A DNA stretch of 64,000 nucleotides from Octopus sinensis (lineage: Eukaryota). The stretch lies in assembly GCF_006345805.1 (NCBI RefSeq), contig NC_042998.1, positions 75,144,001 to 75,208,000 on the forward strand, read 5' to 3'. The position numbers and the translations under genes are program-made. Below, piece by piece: positions 62,573 to 64,000 of this stretch. Position 1 is the first letter of the stretch, and every line of letters starts with the position of its first letter. The notes beneath the pieces are model-generated. The model did not search any database. It saw nothing but the letters and a program-made list of their open reading frames with translations, and had not been told where the DNA came from.

Positions 62573-63215
62573 GGGAATATGACTCCAAACTTACATACAA
62601 AATTCAAAATAGTAATACTAAATCAGATTCCACAATATATGTATATAAATTAGAGAAGAAACACCATATAGCAATTCAACAATGATATACTTAAATCATA
62701 AGAATATAGAAAAAATTAAAGATACGATAAAATATTTACCTAGAACTAAATAAAGAACGAAATAATAAATAAATAGTATACAATTAGTAAATAGAAAACA
62801 CGTGTTTCGTGGCTATATTTACAAACTGTTAAAAATAACATCAATTCAATTTAAATAAAGTCACTCATCAGGTTTAAGCTAAAAACAATAAAATAATTAC
62901 GTATATTATCTTATAAGAAAATATAAATATATATCAAAATACGTAATTTTACAATAAAAAACGAACAACATTCAACAATATATTTTAAAATAAAAACATG
63001 AATATATTCTGTTAACTAAATCATTAAACTTAATACGTAGGACTTAGTGTTTATAATAAGTTTACCTCATTTAAAGCGTGGTGTAAATAAAGCTAGAATA
63101 AATAGATAGAAATATGAAAATATATTTTAGCTTATAGAAGAAAAAATAACAAAATATACTATATCATTACTGGAAAATTAAAATATAAGTAACTAAAAAA
63201 AATACTTAAAGCAAC

Positions 63216-63269
<54 letters not shown>

Positions 63270-64000
63270 CATAATATACATTAGGTGAAGCTAAAATGCT
63301 ATAATTTAATCTATATCCATTAAAAAATTATATTATGTATTTATTTAATAAACATCTAAGTTTGAATTTATTCTAATTAAGTAATATATACTAAAAACTT
63401 CATGGTAACTTATATACATCATACTACTACAAACTATAACTACAAGAATTAAAAATAGAAAAGGGTTCAAATATATACACACAAATTAGTTTAAAATATT
63501 TACTTAAATGCAATATTACATAACAAATAAAAAAATACTACCAATTCAATAATATTTTGTTACAAAACTATTTCACAATGTAAATTACATGTAATACGTT
63601 AAGATTATAGTTCACAAGATAATAAAAATAATAATAATTAGTAAATAAATATACGTATTCTTTTTCTTCTTTTTTAGTTTCAGCTCAGAGCTGCGGTCAT
63701 GCTGTTGCACCGCCGTTAAAATAAAATTATGTGCCCCAGGTGAGGGTCGAACTCACGACCTTCAGATTACTCAACAAGTTCGGTTTGATTATGAGACTGA
63801 CGCGCTACCGAGCCACTTATGTAACTAATAATTAAAATAATAAATATACGTATCGTAACTCATGATTAACAAATAACAATATAGAAATCAATATTTTTAC
63901 AATAACAATCAAAATTCAACAATATTGTTGAATTTTGTTTGATTGTTATTGTAAAAATATTGATTTCGATATTGTTATTTGTTAATCATAAGTTACGATA
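62573..64000 (-). mobile_element. AT-rich Penelope-like pseudo-LTR/UTR with hammerhead (62794-62875) and terminal palindrome
   Basis: Terminus AGGGAATA..CTCCAAACTTAC is shared with 8520. Reverse complement has CUGAUGA-GUGACUUUAUUU...AAAUAUAGCCAC-GAAAC-ACGU-GUU. Confidence 0.6.
63732..63816 (-). tRNA. Elongator tRNA-Met(CAT) pseudogene with 22-nt intron, 5' acceptor strand missing
   Basis: GGTAGCGCGTCAGTCTCATA[ATCAAACCGAACTTGTTGAGTA]ATCTGAAGGTCGTGAGTTCGACCCTCACCTGGGGCA. The intron (63768-63789) sits at the canonical 37/38 position; T-arm and 3' acceptor strand are intact. Confidence 0.85.

Overview
AT-rich, microsatellite-dense animal DNA. The SINE families and repeat landscape look like a coleoid cephalopod, probably Octopus (pattern recognition only, not a database result). 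No host protein-coding gene could be supported. The window is a graveyard of mobile elements: Dong/R4, RTE and CR1-type LINE fragments, two Penelope-like elements (one with an open GIY-YIG ORF), mariner, pogo and Helentron-type DNA elements, tRNA-derived SINEs, and an intron-containing tRNA-Met pseudogene. The main theme the ORF track does not explain is non-coding: at least five different repeat families carry minimal type I hammerhead ribozymes (HHRs). The most striking case is 989-3555, an array of ~563-bp monomers (about 1.5 copies on the minus strand, head-to-head with about 3 on the plus strand). Each monomer carries an intact hammerhead, so the array is a candidate retrozyme that could yield ~560-nt self-cleaved and circular RNAs. 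Many elements sit in head-to-head or tail-to-tail palindromes anchored on (TA)n or (AAT)n tracts. All structures were read by eye; coordinates of decayed elements are approximate.
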